64,000 bases of DNA from an uncultured bacterium (GCA_964590255.1 CAZPYA010000003.1:14094-78093), one strand, 5' to 3'; shown: positions 18,637-29,672, counted from the first letter of the stretch. The notes: generated by a model from the sequence alone, not told the origin. Program-made: numbers and translations.

Positions 18637-19653
18637 ATGAGCATTGACATCGTGCGCGGGGTGTATGCGCATCCGGGGGCGTTCTGGGACACCGGGGCGC
18701 GGCTGGATGACTACGGGGTGAATGCCGTGTTCGTGCACGGCGGGTCGCTGGACGCGGCGACGGTGGCGCGGGCACGGGACGAGGGGTGCCGGGTCTTCGC
18801 CGAATTTTCCACGCTGAACGGTGCCTACGGCAACTACGTGGCGGAGCATCCGGACGCCCATCCCATCGACGACCAGGGGAACCCGGCGCCGCCGGCGACG
18901 TGGTTCATGGGGGTCTGCCCCACCCATCGCGGCTTTCGCCAGTTCCGCATGGAGGCGCTGCACGAGTTGCTGGGCCGGCTAGAGCTGGACGGGGTGTGGA
19001 TGGACTATGTGCACTGGCACGCGCAGTTCGAGGACCCCTACCCGGTGTTCCTCAAAACCTGCTTCAACGACTGCTGCCTGGCGGCCTTTCAGCAGTGGGC
19101 GAACGTGGAGGTGGCGGGCGCCACGGTGCCCGAGCGCGCGCGGTGGATCTTTCAGCACGCCGGGAAGGCGTGGGAGGACTGGCGCGTCTCGGTGATCGTC
19201 GACTGGGCGCGGGAGTTCCGCGCGGTGGTGAAGGCGGCGCGTCCCGACGCGCTGGTGGGCTGCTTCCACTGCGCCTGGAAGGACGAAGACCTGGGCGGGG
19301 TGCGCCGGCGCTGCCTGGGGCTGGACATCCACGCGCTTACCCCCTACGTCGACGTCTTCTCCCCCATGCCGTACCACGGCCGCTCGGGCAAATCGCCGGA
19401 CTACGTGCGCGATTACGTGGACTACTTCAGCACCCGCTACCCCGTGCAGACCGCGCCGGGGCAATACCCGCGCCTGTGGCCCATCGTGCAGGCCCACGAC
19501 GACCCGCGGGTGAGCCCGGAGGAGTTCGAACAGGTGCTGCGCTACGGGCTGACCGGCAAAAGCACCGGTGTAATGATGTTCACCATCGCCAGCGTCGCCG
19601 CCGACCCGGGGAAGATGGCGGCGATGCGGCGGGTGTATATGGAGTATGCATAA
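18637..19653 (+). CDS. Hypothetical TIM-barrel glycoside-hydrolase-like protein
   Basis: GGGGA RBS; host-like codon usage; VCPTH, ELDGVWMDYVHW and VDVFSPMPYH patterns as in GHL10-like proteins. Confidence 0.6.
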   Translation: MSIDIVRGVYAHPGAFWDTGARLDDYGVNAVFVHGGSLDAATVARARDEGCRVFAEFSTLNGAYGNYVAEHPDAHPIDDQGNPAPPATWFMGVCPTHRGFRQFRMEALHELLGRLELDGVWMDYVHWHAQFEDPYPVFLKTCFNDCCLAAFQQWANVEVAGATVPERARWIFQHAGKAWEDWRVSVIVDWAREFRAVVKAARPDALVGCFHCAWKDEDLGGVRRRCLGLDIHALTPYVDVFSPMPYHGRSGKSPDYVRDYVDYFSTRYPVQTAPGQYPRLWPIVQAHDDPRVSPEEFEQVLRYGLTGKSTGVMMFTIASVAADPGKMAAMRRVYMEYA

Positions 19654-19664
19654 CGGAGGACCAG

Positions 19665-21146
19665 ATGGCGGAAAAGATGAGCGATCTACAGATCGGCTGG
19701 GCGTCCTGCGATCTTACGCCCGACCAACCCGTGCTGGTGGCGGGGCAGTTTCACGCGCGGGTGTCGGAGGGGGTGCTCGATCCGATTACCGCTACCGCGC
19801 TGGCGCTGGAGGGAGCGGACGGCACGCCGGTGATCCTGGTGAGTTGCGACGTGGTCGCCATTCCGGACGGGCTGCGCGACGCGGTGCGGGCGGAGGTCGC
19901 GGCGCGGCTGCCGGCGCTGGACCCGCGGGCGATCATCCTGAATGCCACCCACACGCACGCCGCGCCCGAGCTGCGCACGGCCGCGGATGTGCGGATACTG
20001 GGCGGCGGCACCATGTCGGTGTACCTGGGGGTGGCGCTGGCGGTGATGGCGCCCCAGGCGTATATCGAGACGATCGCGGCGCCGCGTATCGCCGACGCGG
20101 TCGCCCGCGCCTGGGCGGGACGCGCGCCCGGCGGCATCGGCTATGGCCTGGGGCACGCGGTGGTGGGGCATAACCGGCGCATTTGCTATGCCGACGGCGT
20201 CACGCGCATGTATGGCGACACCGACGATCCGCTGTTCAGCCATGTGGAAGGGTATGAAGATCACCGGACGCAGGTGCTGGCTACCTGGGACGCCGACGGG
20301 CGCCTCACCGGTCTTATTGTCAACGTCGCCTGCCCGTCGCAGGTGAGCGAACACGAATACCGGCTGAGCGCAGACTACTGGCACGAGACGCGCGTGGAAC
20401 TGCGCCGCCGGCTGGGCGACGGCCTCTTCGTGCTGCCGCAGAATAGCACTGCGGGCGACCAGTCGCCGCACATTCTCATCGGCAAGCGTGCGGAGGAGCG
20501 GATGTGGCGGCTGCACGGCCGCACCCAGCGCGAGGACATCGCGGTGCGCATCGCCGACGCCGTCACCGCCGTGCTGCCCGCCATTGCGCGGGAGATCGAC
20601 TGGGCGCCGGCGCTGGCGCATATCGTGGAGACGATTCCGCTGAGCCGACGCCAGTTAACCGAGGCAGACGTGCTGGCGGCGGAGGCGGAAAAGACGCGGC
20701 TGCAGGGCGAGTATCAGCGCCTGCTGGCCGAGTTGGAGGCGGACCCGTCGCTGCGCGCGCGGCCGCGCTGGTACGTGCCCATCACTAGCGCCTATCGCGG
20801 GATGGGCTGGAACGGCACGGTGGCGGAACGCTTCATCCGCCAGCACACCGAGCCATCGGTGCCGTTGGAGGTACATGCCGTGCGGCTGGGCGACGTGGCC
20901 TTCGCGACGAACCCCTTTGAGTTCTACCTGGACTACGGCCTGCAGATCACCGCGCGCAGCCGGGCGGTGCAGACCTTTCTGGTGCAGCACGTGGGCGGCG
21001 GTACCTACCTGCCCTCACCGCGCGCGGTGGCCGGGCAAAGCTACGGCGCGGTGCCCGCCAGCACGCCCATCGGGCCGGAGGGCGGCCGTGAGTTGGTGGA
21101 GTGGTCGGTGGCGGCGATTAATGCGTTGATGGCGTTTACTTCCTGA
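19665..21146 (+). CDS. Neutral/alkaline-ceramidase-like amidohydrolase of unknown substrate
   Basis: GGAGGA RBS, ATG 19665; GWASCDLTP, NATHTHAAP, GHNRR, NVACPSQ, SADYW, AGDQSPH. Paralog of 60513-61859. Confidence 0.75.
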   Translation: MAEKMSDLQIGWASCDLTPDQPVLVAGQFHARVSEGVLDPITATALALEGADGTPVILVSCDVVAIPDGLRDAVRAEVAARLPALDPRAIILNATHTHAAPELRTAADVRILGGGTMSVYLGVALAVMAPQAYIETIAAPRIADAVARAWAGRAPGGIGYGLGHAVVGHNRRICYADGVTRMYGDTDDPLFSHVEGYEDHRTQVLATWDADGRLTGLIVNVACPSQVSEHEYRLSADYWHETRVELRRRLGDGLFVLPQNSTAGDQSPHILIGKRAEERMWRLHGRTQREDIAVRIADAVTAVLPAIAREIDWAPALAHIVETIPLSRRQLTEADVLAAEAEKTRLQGEYQRLLAELEADPSLRARPRWYVPITSAYRGMGWNGTVAERFIRQHTEPSVPLEVHAVRLGDVAFATNPFEFYLDYGLQITARSRAVQTFLVQHVGGGTYLPSPRAVAGQSYGAVPASTPIGPEGGRELVEWSVAAINALMAFTS

Positions 21147-21248
21147 TGATGTTTATAAATTATTTATCAATACGACCCGCAACCCGGAAGGCCAACGGAC
21201 ACATGCAGCGAAATTCTCCGCCATCACGCAACTCAAGGAGCACCTCCC

Positions 21249-21653
21249 ATGGCTCTCATCACCTGGCGCGACAGCTACAGTGTCAAGGTGCCGTCCATTG
21301 ACGAACAGCACAAAAAACTCATCGATCTCATCAATAGGCTGCATGACGCGATGTCCAGCGGGCAGGGCAAAGCGGTGTTGGGCGGCGTCGTCGCGGAGTT
21401 GGTGGCGTATACCCGCACCCACTTCACCTATGAAGAGAGCCTGATGTCGCGGGCGATTTACCCGCAGTTGACCGCGCACCGGGCGGCCCACCGCTCGCTG
21501 ATCGAGAAGGTGGGCGGCTTCACGGCGCAAGTCGGCGCGGACGCGACCACCACTATTGAAATGATGACATTCTTGCGCGGTTGGCTGATGGAGCATATCC
21601 AAAAAGAGGATATGGCCTACAGCGACAGCCTGGTGGCGAAGGGCATCCAATAG
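21249..21653 (+). CDS. Bacteriohemerythrin
   Basis: ITWRDSYSV..PSIDEQHKKL, HFTYEE, HRAAH, WLMEHIQKED. Confidence 0.93.
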   Translation: MALITWRDSYSVKVPSIDEQHKKLIDLINRLHDAMSSGQGKAVLGGVVAELVAYTRTHFTYEESLMSRAIYPQLTAHRAAHRSLIEKVGGFTAQVGADATTTIEMMTFLRGWLMEHIQKEDMAYSDSLVAKGIQ

Positions 21654-21656
21654 TCG

Positions 21657-23875
21657 TCACGGCGCGGTGTCCCACAGCACCGTCACCGGGATGGGCCCGG
21701 GCGTCACGTCGAGTTGAATGCTCCACGCGCCGGCCGTGTCGGTTACCGTGGCCGGCAGCAGCGTGGCGTCGCCCGAGCGGTAGGCCTGCACGTTGGCGGG
21801 CTGTGCCGCCAGCGGGCCGATGCGCACTGTGAGCGGGACGTTGTAGATCGCTAAATCCAGCGGCGTGCCCAGGGTGAAAGTGCAGCGGCCCGGTGCGTCC
21901 TCGGCGACGGCGAGTTGCGCCGTATCGCGCTCCAGCACGTAGCGACTGATGACGCCGAAGGTGTCGATCCAGGCGTCGCAGCCTTTCGCATAGGCGAGGT
22001 GGGCGCTCAGCACCTCGCGGCTGATGGGCAGATAGGTGGTGTCCGCCACGCCGTGCAATATAGGCACCAGCCAGCGGCGATTCGCCACCGCGCTATTCAC
22101 CATGGCGTTCGCCTGGGCGGCGGTGAAGTCGGCGCCGCCGTAATTGACGTAGTCGCCCCGCAGCGCCACATGCGTGCGGTGGATGATCTCGTAGACGCGC
22201 GAGTTGCCAGCGGTGTGCGGCAGGGCGAAGCTCACCGGCGTCACGCCCAGCTTCTCGGCGATGAGCCGCGCATTCTCCTCCACCTGCACCGTCGCCTGCG
22301 CCGCGGTCAGCGTGCTCATATTCAGGTGATCCAGGCTATGGTTGCCCACCTCGTGCCCGCGAGCGAGCGCCGTTCGCCACTCCGCCCAACTCACTGAGTC
22401 GTAGTTGCCCGCGGTATCCGGCGTGTAGTGCCCCACGATGTTGAAGGTCGCGCGCAGGCCGTGCTGGTCGAAGATGGGCACGCCGTAGACATACTGGTTC
22501 TTTGTACCGTCGTCAAAGGTGTAGGAGACGGCGGCGGCGCGGTTGCCCTTAAACGGGGCAACCGTCACCTTCGTGGACGGCGTCTCGCCCGGATGGCGGA
22601 TGACTACCGTTTGTGTGTCGTACAGCTCTTTCACGGCGGTCGCGCCGTCGCGCGCCCAGACCAGCAGGCGGTACGCGCCGGCGGCGGTGGGCGTCCAGGT
22701 GCAGGTGGTGGCTGGGCTGAAGTCCTGCAGCACCGTCCATGTCCAGGCGCGGCCGGTCAGCGTGCCGGCGACGAATTGCATCTGTACGGCGCTGCCGCCG
22801 TAGGGCTTCGCGGTGAGTACGATGGGCGAGTGTATCTCGCGCGAGGCTGACGACAGGCTCAACGCCACGTCACCGAGCGGATCCGTGACACCGGTGACGG
22901 TGAAGGCCAGCGAGGCGATGCGCGGCGTGGCGTCGGGCGTAGCCGCATCACGGGCAGCCACCTCGAAGACATAGTTGCCGGCAGCGGATGGCGTCCATCG
23001 ATACGCTGGATCGGCGGCGTAGTCGCGCAGTATCACCCAGGTGGTGCCGGCGGCCGTCACCGTGCCATGCCAGAAACGATAGTGGAGATCAGCGCCGCCG
23101 GTGGGCGTCGCGGTGAGGGTGATGGGGGTGCTTTGTATCTGCGGCGACGGCGGGTCGGCAGCAAGGCGCACCCCGGACAGAGCGGGAGTGCCTGTCACCG
23201 TGTAGGCGATGGCTTTGTTGACCATCACGGCGTCATCGCGCGCGATAACCTCGATGATGTAGCTGCCCGCGCCGGGCGTCCAGCGGAAGACGGGATCGGC
23301 AGCGAAGTCGCGCGCCAGTGTCCAGGTGGTGGTGCCATTGACGGTGACGCCCAGCCAGAAGCTGTATAGCGCCGCCGATCCACCGACAGCCGTCGCGGTG
23401 CAGGTGATGGTGGCGCCCGCCGGATGGGGCCCGGCCGGGGTGGTCGCCAGTGTCACCGCTGCCAGTGCCGGCGTGCCGGTGATGGTATACGCGAGGGATT
23501 TGCTCACCAGTCCGGTGGTTGCGGTGCCTTCGCGCGCGATGACTTCAATAATGCGGTGCCTTCGCGCGCGATGACTTCAATAATATAGTTGCCCGCGCCA
23601 GGCGTCCAGCGGAAGACGGGATCGACGGCGAAAGCGCGGACGACTTTCCAGGTGGTGGCGCCGTTGACGGTGGTGCCCAGCCAGTAGCAATACTGCACCG
23701 CGGTGCCACCGACGGCCGTGGCGGTGAGCGTGACGGTGGCACCGGACGGCTGCGGCGCGGGTGGGGTGACTGCCAATGTCACCCCGGTGAGGGCCGCGCC
23801 CCACGCCAGGTGCGCCAGTAGCAACAGGCTCATCAGCAGCGTTGCCCGGCCACATGTTCCATCATGGAACCGCAT
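21657..23875 (-). pseudogene. Secreted NodB-type polysaccharide deacetylase with four N-terminal Ig-like (Y_Y_Y-like) repeats, frameshifted by a 32-bp tandem duplication
   Basis: Track ORFs 23504-23875 and 21657-23507 join (..IIEVIAREGTATTGLVSKSLAY..) if one 32-bp copy is removed. Signal peptide LLMSLLLLAHLAWGA; deacetylase motifs SYTFDDG, HEVGNHSLDH, SFALPH, ILHGV. Confidence 0.85.
23521..23584. repeat. Perfect 2 x 32-bp tandem duplication
   Basis: GCGGTGCCTTCGCGCGCGATGACTTCAATAAT at 23521-23552 and 23553-23584. Confidence 0.95.
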
Positions 23876-24156
23876 CGTCGTCCCTCCTGGTCGTCCCCTA
23901 TCATCCGATGGGGGGAGATGGTGTGATGAGTATGCCGGATTACCGCTACAGGAGTGTCACAATACGCTGACGCGCAACCGCCGCGCCGGCTGCGCGAGGG
24001 CATGATGTAGGAAAAAGCTGACTGTTTCCCCGGTCGATCCGCCGGATATCTTCCCGGCGATTCCGTGATCGATTTTCGCGCCATTCTCCGCCGTCTAGCC
24101 TCATGCGCCGGGCGGATGCACGGCCACCGCCCGCCTCGCCCGCCAATCGACGGCAG

Positions 24157-24184
24157 TTTACAATAGAATGACTTCGTGTATAAT
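24157..24184 (+). promoter_or_regulatory. Candidate sigma70 promoter of the polysaccharide locus
   Basis: TTTACA, 16-nt spacer, TATAAT in an AT-rich patch about 160 nt upstream of ATG 24346. Confidence 0.55.
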
Positions 24185-24345
24185 AACTCATGTTTCTGCC
24201 CGGCGCTGGCTGCTGTCGGCGTAAACCGTGCGCAGCCGGCGCGGGCCGCGGTCATGGATGACGCGATGCATGAACCCGTATTTGACGTCAATGTCGCCGT
24301 TTCAACCTTCACGATGACGGCGGCTATCATGAGGAGTTGTGATTC

Positions 24346-27300
24346 ATGGCCCGTACCGTGTGTGTATTCGTCGCCGTTCTCGTGTTGATTACCACAGTGA
24401 TCTCGCTACCGCTGCTGGCGCAGGATGCCGCCGCCCCCACGCCGCCGCCCGCGACCGCGCCCGCGGCGCCCGATGGCGGAGCGCCCCCCGTGGTGACCGC
24501 GGAGCCTGTCCTCCCCACGCCGGCGCCCACCCAGCTGGATGTCCCGGCCCCGGCGAAGCTGCCGATTTTCGGGCGTGAGTTCTTCAGCGTGGCGGGCGGC
24601 AGCTTTGAGCCGAATATCGAGGCGCCGGTGCCGTCGAATTACTTGCTAGGCGCGGGCGACACGCTGACGGTGGCCTGCTGGTACGGCACCACCGAGTACG
24701 AGCGCGCGGCGGTGACGATCAACCCGGGGGGGGAGATTTATCTCAAGCGCCTGGGTACGGTGACGGTGAGCGGCCGCACGGTGGCGCATGTCACCGACGA
24801 CCTGCGGACGCGCTACGCGAAGCAATTCACGAAATTCGAGCTGTCCGTGCGCGTCACCGGCCGGCGCACCATCCCCATCTGGGCGATGGGCGAGGTCAAC
24901 AAGCCGGGCAAATACCTGCTGTCGAGCATGGCGACGGTGTTCACCGCGCTCTACGCCGCCGGCGGGCCCACCGACTTCGGCTCCCTGCGCACCATCCGCC
25001 TGATGCGCAACGGCAAGCCGGTCGGCGCGGACATCGACATCTACCAGTACCTGCTCTCCGGCAAGGACGTTTCGGTGCCGCTGGAGGCCGGCGACACGCT
25101 CTTCGTCCCCTTCACCAAGGTACTGGTGACGCTGACCGGTGAAGTGCGGCGCCCGGCGCTATACGAGCTGCGCGAGGAAGAGTGCGCGCTGGGCGCGGCG
25201 CTGTTGCTGGCCGGCGGCACCACCCCGGACAGCGCGGAGCTGCTCAGTATCGAGCGGGTGAACGCGGCGCATGACCGCCAGACCATCGACTGCACGCTGC
25301 CCCGAGACGCGAAGTTCACCCTGAACAACGGTGACGTGGTGCGCGTGCAGGCGGTGCCCCCGCCGGTGAAGAACGCGGTGGCGGTGCTGGGCGGCGTCTA
25401 CCGCCCCGGTCAGTTCGCCATCGAGACCGCGTCGTCGGTCACCGCGCTGCTGAAGCTGGCAGGCGGGCTGGTGCCGGACGCGTACCTGGAGCAGGCGGTG
25501 CTGAAGCGCATGCGCGCGGATGGCACCACCGAGCGGCTGGTGGTGAACCTGCGCGAGATGCTGGCGCCGGGCTCGAAAGCCGAGCAGGCCATGGCTCCCG
25601 GCGATTCCCTGCTGGTCTACACCCGCGGCGAGCTGCCCGAACTGCTGGATATCGTGACGGTGCAGGGCGAAGTAGTGCAACCGGGCACCTTTGAATACCA
25701 GCCGGGCATGCGCGTGGCAGACGTGATGAAGCTGGCCTTCGGGCCAACGACTAAGACGTATCTGGCGCAAGCCTATCTGCAGCGCTTCCCCATCGCGGCC
25801 ACTGCTTCGCAATTGACGCTGAATCTGGGCCAGGCGCTAGCCGGCGACGCCGTCGCGAACCTGACACTACAACCGCGCGACCGGTTGATCGTCTTCAATC
25901 GCAACGAACTGCCCGAGTTGCTGGATTCGGTGAGCATTCAGGGCGAAGTGGTGAAGCCGGGAACGTTCCCCTTCCAGGACGGCATGCGCGTGGCGGATTT
26001 GATAAAGCTAGCCTTCGGCCCCACCACGAAAACCTACCTGGCGCAGGCATATCTGTACCGGTATCCGATGGCCGACACCTCGATCCAACTGACCATCGAC
26101 CTGGGCAAAGCTATCAGCGGTGACGCAAAGGCCAACCTGGCACTGCAGCCGCGCGACCGCGTGGTCGTCTTCAACCGCAGCGAGTTGCCTGAGTTCCTCG
26201 ATTCGATCACCGTGCAGGGAGAAGTCATCAAGCCGGGCACCTATCCGTATCAACCGGCGATGCGCATTGCCGATCTGCTGAAAGTGGCGCTGGGCCCCAC
26301 GACGCTGGCCTACCTGCCGCAGGCCTACCTGTATAGCTACCCCTACGGCGACACGGCGGTGATGACACCGGTGGACCTGACAAAGGTGCTGGCGGGGGAC
26401 GCAACCGCGAATCTGCCATTGCGCACCCGCGACCGGCTGGTCATCAAATCACGTAACGACATCCTGGACACCGCCGTGGCGGTGGACGGCGAAGTCGAGA
26501 AACCCGGCGCCTTTCCCTTCGCGAATGGCCTGCGTGTCTCAGACGCGGTGTTCCTCGCCGGCGGGTTGAAAATCAACGCGCTGCTGGACCGCGCGCTGCT
26601 AACACGGCTGAACCGCGCCACCTACACCGAAGAGCTCATCGAAGTGTCGCTGCGCGAGGCGATGGCGAAGCAGCCGGCGAAGAACCTGCTGCTGAAGGAA
26701 GGCGACCGGCTGACGATTTATCCGATCTCGCAGATCGGCGATGAGCAGTTCGTGACGGTGGACGGCGCCATTACCACGCCGGGCACATATGCCTATCGCG
26801 GCGAGATGCGGGTGAGCCACCTGCTGTTTCTGGCGAAAGGACTGCAAGTGGTGGCCTACGCGCCGCGCGCCGACCTGTATCGCCTACGCCCGGACAACAC
26901 GACTGAGATTATCTCGGTGGACCTGACGGTGGCGATGAAGGGCGCGTTGACCGACGGCAACCCGCTGTTGCGCCCGCGCGACCGCCTGCACATCTCCCGC
27001 CAGGACGAGGTGTCCGAACTGCCGGCGGTGAAGATCGACGGGCTGGTGCGCAAGCCCGGCCGCTACCCGCTGACCGTCGGATTGAAGCTGTCCGACCTGC
27101 TGCACCTGGCCGGCGGCCTGCAGCCCGGTGCCAACCCGACCGTGGAGGTGTGGCGCGAAGTGGACGGAAAGCTGTCCACCACGACGTATACAACCGCCGT
27201 GGTCGACGATAAGCTGACGCTGGCGGTCGATCCGTTCCTGCAGGACAAGGATCTGATCAACGTAATGACCAATATCGCGTTTCGCGATCCGACTGACAAT

Positions 27301-28095
27301 TATGTGATCGCCGGGCAGGTGGGCCAGCCGGGAAGCTACCCGCTGTACCAGAGTACCGGGTACCAGCCGAAGACGCTGTATCAGGTGCTGCGCACGATGA
27401 CGCTGCAGGCGGACGCATATGTCCCCGGCATCACTATCTTCCGCAAGCGAGAGCGCATCCGCGATGCCCGCCAGCAGGACGAACTGGTGCGCTACATGCG
27501 CGAACTCGACCAGCGGGCCGGGGTGGGCGCGGGGGCGCCGGGCGCCATCGCGGAAGGCGACGCCGCCAAATCCCAGTCCGTGCTGAACATGAGTCACGCG
27601 GTGGCGCAGGCTATCGCCACTGATGACGGATCGAGCATCAGCCTGGTCATCCCGCCGCGCAGCATGCAGCAGCAGACTTTCGGCCTGTCGCTGGCGGTGG
27701 ACGTCGAGACGCTGATGCGCTCGAAAGGCAAGCATGGCGACTTGACGCTGATGCCTGGCGACCTCATCGTGGTGCCGAAGACGCCGGAGACCGTCACCGT
27801 GCTGGGCGGCGTGATGAACAACGGCACCGTCCGCTTCCAGGAGAAGTCGTCCATCGACACCTACCTGCGCCTGTCAGGCGGCCTCGCCCCGGACGGCGAC
27901 CGGGCGAAGACAGTGGTGCTGCGCATCAACGGGCAGGTGCTGCCGGCGAAGTCCGTAAAGCATGTCAACCCGGGCGACGCCATCATCGTCCCAACGAAGC
28001 ATATCGTGCAGACCATCCAGACGAAGGGTCTATTCATGCAGGCGCTCAAGACGCTGTCCGAAATGGCGCTGATCGCCCTGCCGTTCTCGAAATAA
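24346..28095 (+). CDS. Polysaccharide export protein (Wza/KpsD-like) with about 11 SLBB repeats
   Basis: Signal peptide; PIFGREFF and NYLLGAGD Poly_export motifs; 11 occurrences of the V.G.V..PG.Y/F pattern. Confidence 0.9.
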   Translation: MARTVCVFVAVLVLITTVISLPLLAQDAAAPTPPPATAPAAPDGGAPPVVTAEPVLPTPAPTQLDVPAPAKLPIFGREFFSVAGGSFEPNIEAPVPSNYLLGAGDTLTVACWYGTTEYERAAVTINPGGEIYLKRLGTVTVSGRTVAHVTDDLRTRYAKQFTKFELSVRVTGRRTIPIWAMGEVNKPGKYLLSSMATVFTALYAAGGPTDFGSLRTIRLMRNGKPVGADIDIYQYLLSGKDVSVPLEAGDTLFVPFTKVLVTLTGEVRRPALYELREEECALGAALLLAGGTTPDSAELLSIERVNAAHDRQTIDCTLPRDAKFTLNNGDVVRVQAVPPPVKNAVAVLGGVYRPGQFAIETASSVTALLKLAGGLVPDAYLEQAVLKRMRADGTTERLVVNLREMLAPGSKAEQAMAPGDSLLVYTRGELPELLDIVTVQGEVVQPGTFEYQPGMRVADVMKLAFGPTTKTYLAQAYLQRFPIAATASQLTLNLGQALAGDAVANLTLQPRDRLIVFNRNELPELLDSVSIQGEVVKPGTFPFQDGMRVADLIKLAFGPTTKTYLAQAYLYRYPMADTSIQLTIDLGKAISGDAKANLALQPRDRVVVFNRSELPEFLDSITVQGEVIKPGTYPYQPAMRIADLLKVALGPTTLAYLPQAYLYSYPYGDTAVMTPVDLTKVLAGDATANLPLRTRDRLVIKSRNDILDTAVAVDGEVEKPGAFPFANGLRVSDAVFLAGGLKINALLDRALLTRLNRATYTEELIEVSLREAMAKQPAKNLLLKEGDRLTIYPISQIGDEQFVTVDGAITTPGTYAYRGEMRVSHLLFLAKGLQVVAYAPRADLYRLRPDNTTEIISVDLTVAMKGALTDGNPLLRPRDRLHISRQDEVSELPAVKIDGLVRKPGRYPLTVGLKLSDLLHLAGGLQPGANPTVEVWREVDGKLSTTTYTTAVVDDKLTLAVDPFLQDKDLINVMTNIAFRDPTDNYVIAGQVGQPGSYPLYQSTGYQPKTLYQVLRTMTLQADAYVPGITIFRKRERIRDARQQDELVRYMRELDQRAGVGAGAPGAIAEGDAAKSQSVLNMSHAVAQAIATDDGSSISLVIPPRSMQQQTFGLSLAVDVETLMRSKGKHGDLTLMPGDLIVVPKTPETVTVLGGVMNNGTVRFQEKSSIDTYLRLSGGLAPDGDRAKTVVLRINGQVLPAKSVKHVNPGDAIIVPTKHIVQTIQTKGLFMQALKTLSEMALIALPFSK

Positions 28096-28156
28096 TGCCG
28101 GATGCGCCGCCGGGCGGCGGGGATGCCCACCCCCAGCGGCATAGGGAGTCAATATC

Positions 28157-29554
28157 GTGGCCAATACACCCGCGGAACCCCAGGCCGCCCTGCAGACCCT
28201 GCAGGGCGCCAGGTTCTTCCTGAAACCGTATCGCAGACTAATCATCATCGGCGCACTCGTCGGCATGCTCGCCGGCGTGCTCATCGGCCTGTTCCGCCCG
28301 ATCGAATACGCGACCAATGCGACGCTGCTCTTCCCGGCGTCGGCCACCGGCGTTGCCGGCCTGGCCGCGCTGGGCGGGGGCGAGCAGATGTCCAGCGTGC
28401 CGCTGCTGGGCGGCTTGCTGCAGGTGCCGCGCCCGGGCACAAACGCGAAAACAGCCATCATCCTGCTGCGCAGCCGTCCGGTACAGAATGTGATCATCGC
28501 CAAATATCGGCTGAGCGAGCACTGGAAGCTGAAGAAACCGGCGGCTATCCGCAAGCGGCTGATGAAGCAGTTGGCGCTGCGTGAAGGGGAGGCGGGCGAT
28601 TTGAGCCTGACATTTGTCGACTCGGATCGCGACCTGTCATACAACGTCACGCGCACTTTCGTCGACGAGTTGAAGCGGCAGTCCACGAAGCTGGGCATCA
28701 ATCCGGCCGAGCAGACGGTGGCGTTCCTCACCAAACAGGTGCAGGCGGCGGAAGACGACGTGATGGCTATCCAACAGGACGTGCAGCGCTTCGAGGAACG
28801 CCACGGTATGGTGTCGCTGCCGGAACAGGTGATCGCGCTGGCGCGGCAATACAGTAGCCTGCAGGACGACGTGGAAAAGGCGCGCATCGAGTCGACCGTG
28901 GCCACGAGCTACGCGACGATGCTGACCACCAAGGCGCAGCAGCTCATCGCGAAAAGCATGGATCCCGCGCCGAACCAGACGCAGTTGAACGGGCTGTACC
29001 AGAAGGTGGCGGAGCTGGAAGCACAGCGCGAACTGCTCCGCGACCGCTACACCACCACCAGCCCGGAGGTTGAAGAGGTGGCGCTGCAACTGAAAGTCGC
29101 CCGGCAGCGGCTCTCCGACGAGATGACCCGTCAGCTCAGCCTGGTAGACGGCGGCACCTCGCCGGTGGTGGGCGAGGCCATCATCGACGCCGCGCTGAAG
29201 CAGACGCGGCTGACCCGCCTCAACGGCCTGCTGGACGAGTTGAAGAAAGAGATCGGGACGTATCCGGTGATGAAGAGCCGCTTCGCGCGCCTGACGCTGG
29301 ACGCCACTACCCGGGAAGCCCGGCTGACGCTGCTGCGCACCGAACTGGAAAAGGCGAGGATCATCGCGCAAAGCCAGGGGCCGGCGTTCATCGAAGCCGA
29401 GCCGGCGGCGCCCGCGGAAGAACCGCAGGAGCGCCGACTGCTGATTATCCTGGTGATGACGGTCCTTGGCACGCTGGTCACCGCCATGATACCATTCTTC
29501 AAATGGCAGCAGGCTCTCAACACCCAGGCGGATGCCGTACGCGGCAGTGTATAA
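28157..29554 (+). CDS. Polysaccharide co-polymerase / chain-length determinant (Wzz/GumC-like, no tyrosine-kinase domain)
   Basis: GGGAG RBS, GTG start, two TM helices flanking a coiled coil, RYTTTSPEV, C-terminal IEAEPAAP.E. Confidence 0.8.
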   Translation: MANTPAEPQAALQTLQGARFFLKPYRRLIIIGALVGMLAGVLIGLFRPIEYATNATLLFPASATGVAGLAALGGGEQMSSVPLLGGLLQVPRPGTNAKTAIILLRSRPVQNVIIAKYRLSEHWKLKKPAAIRKRLMKQLALREGEAGDLSLTFVDSDRDLSYNVTRTFVDELKRQSTKLGINPAEQTVAFLTKQVQAAEDDVMAIQQDVQRFEERHGMVSLPEQVIALARQYSSLQDDVEKARIESTVATSYATMLTTKAQQLIAKSMDPAPNQTQLNGLYQKVAELEAQRELLRDRYTTTSPEVEEVALQLKVARQRLSDEMTRQLSLVDGGTSPVVGEAIIDAALKQTRLTRLNGLLDELKKEIGTYPVMKSRFARLTLDATTREARLTLLRTELEKARIIAQSQGPAFIEAEPAAPAEEPQERRLLIILVMTVLGTLVTAMIPFFKWQQALNTQADAVRGSV

Positions 29555-29672
29555 CATAATTCTAGGCTCGCGAGCGGTCGTGTAGCCATGCCGGGTATAC
29601 AACCGCCTGATAATTTGCATTTCGCCGCAATGGATCGAGGGACCCCAAAGGTCTATGTAATAAAGGACACGC

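Noticed and set aside
18786-19664. Extension making the ceramidase-like ORF 786 aa
   Set aside because: Out-of-frame overlap with gene 18637-19653; a GGAGGA RBS precedes ATG 19665.
21147-21180. FNR/CRP-like box upstream of the hemerythrin
   Set aside because: Only the ATCAA half-site is present; no TTGAT at the right spacing.
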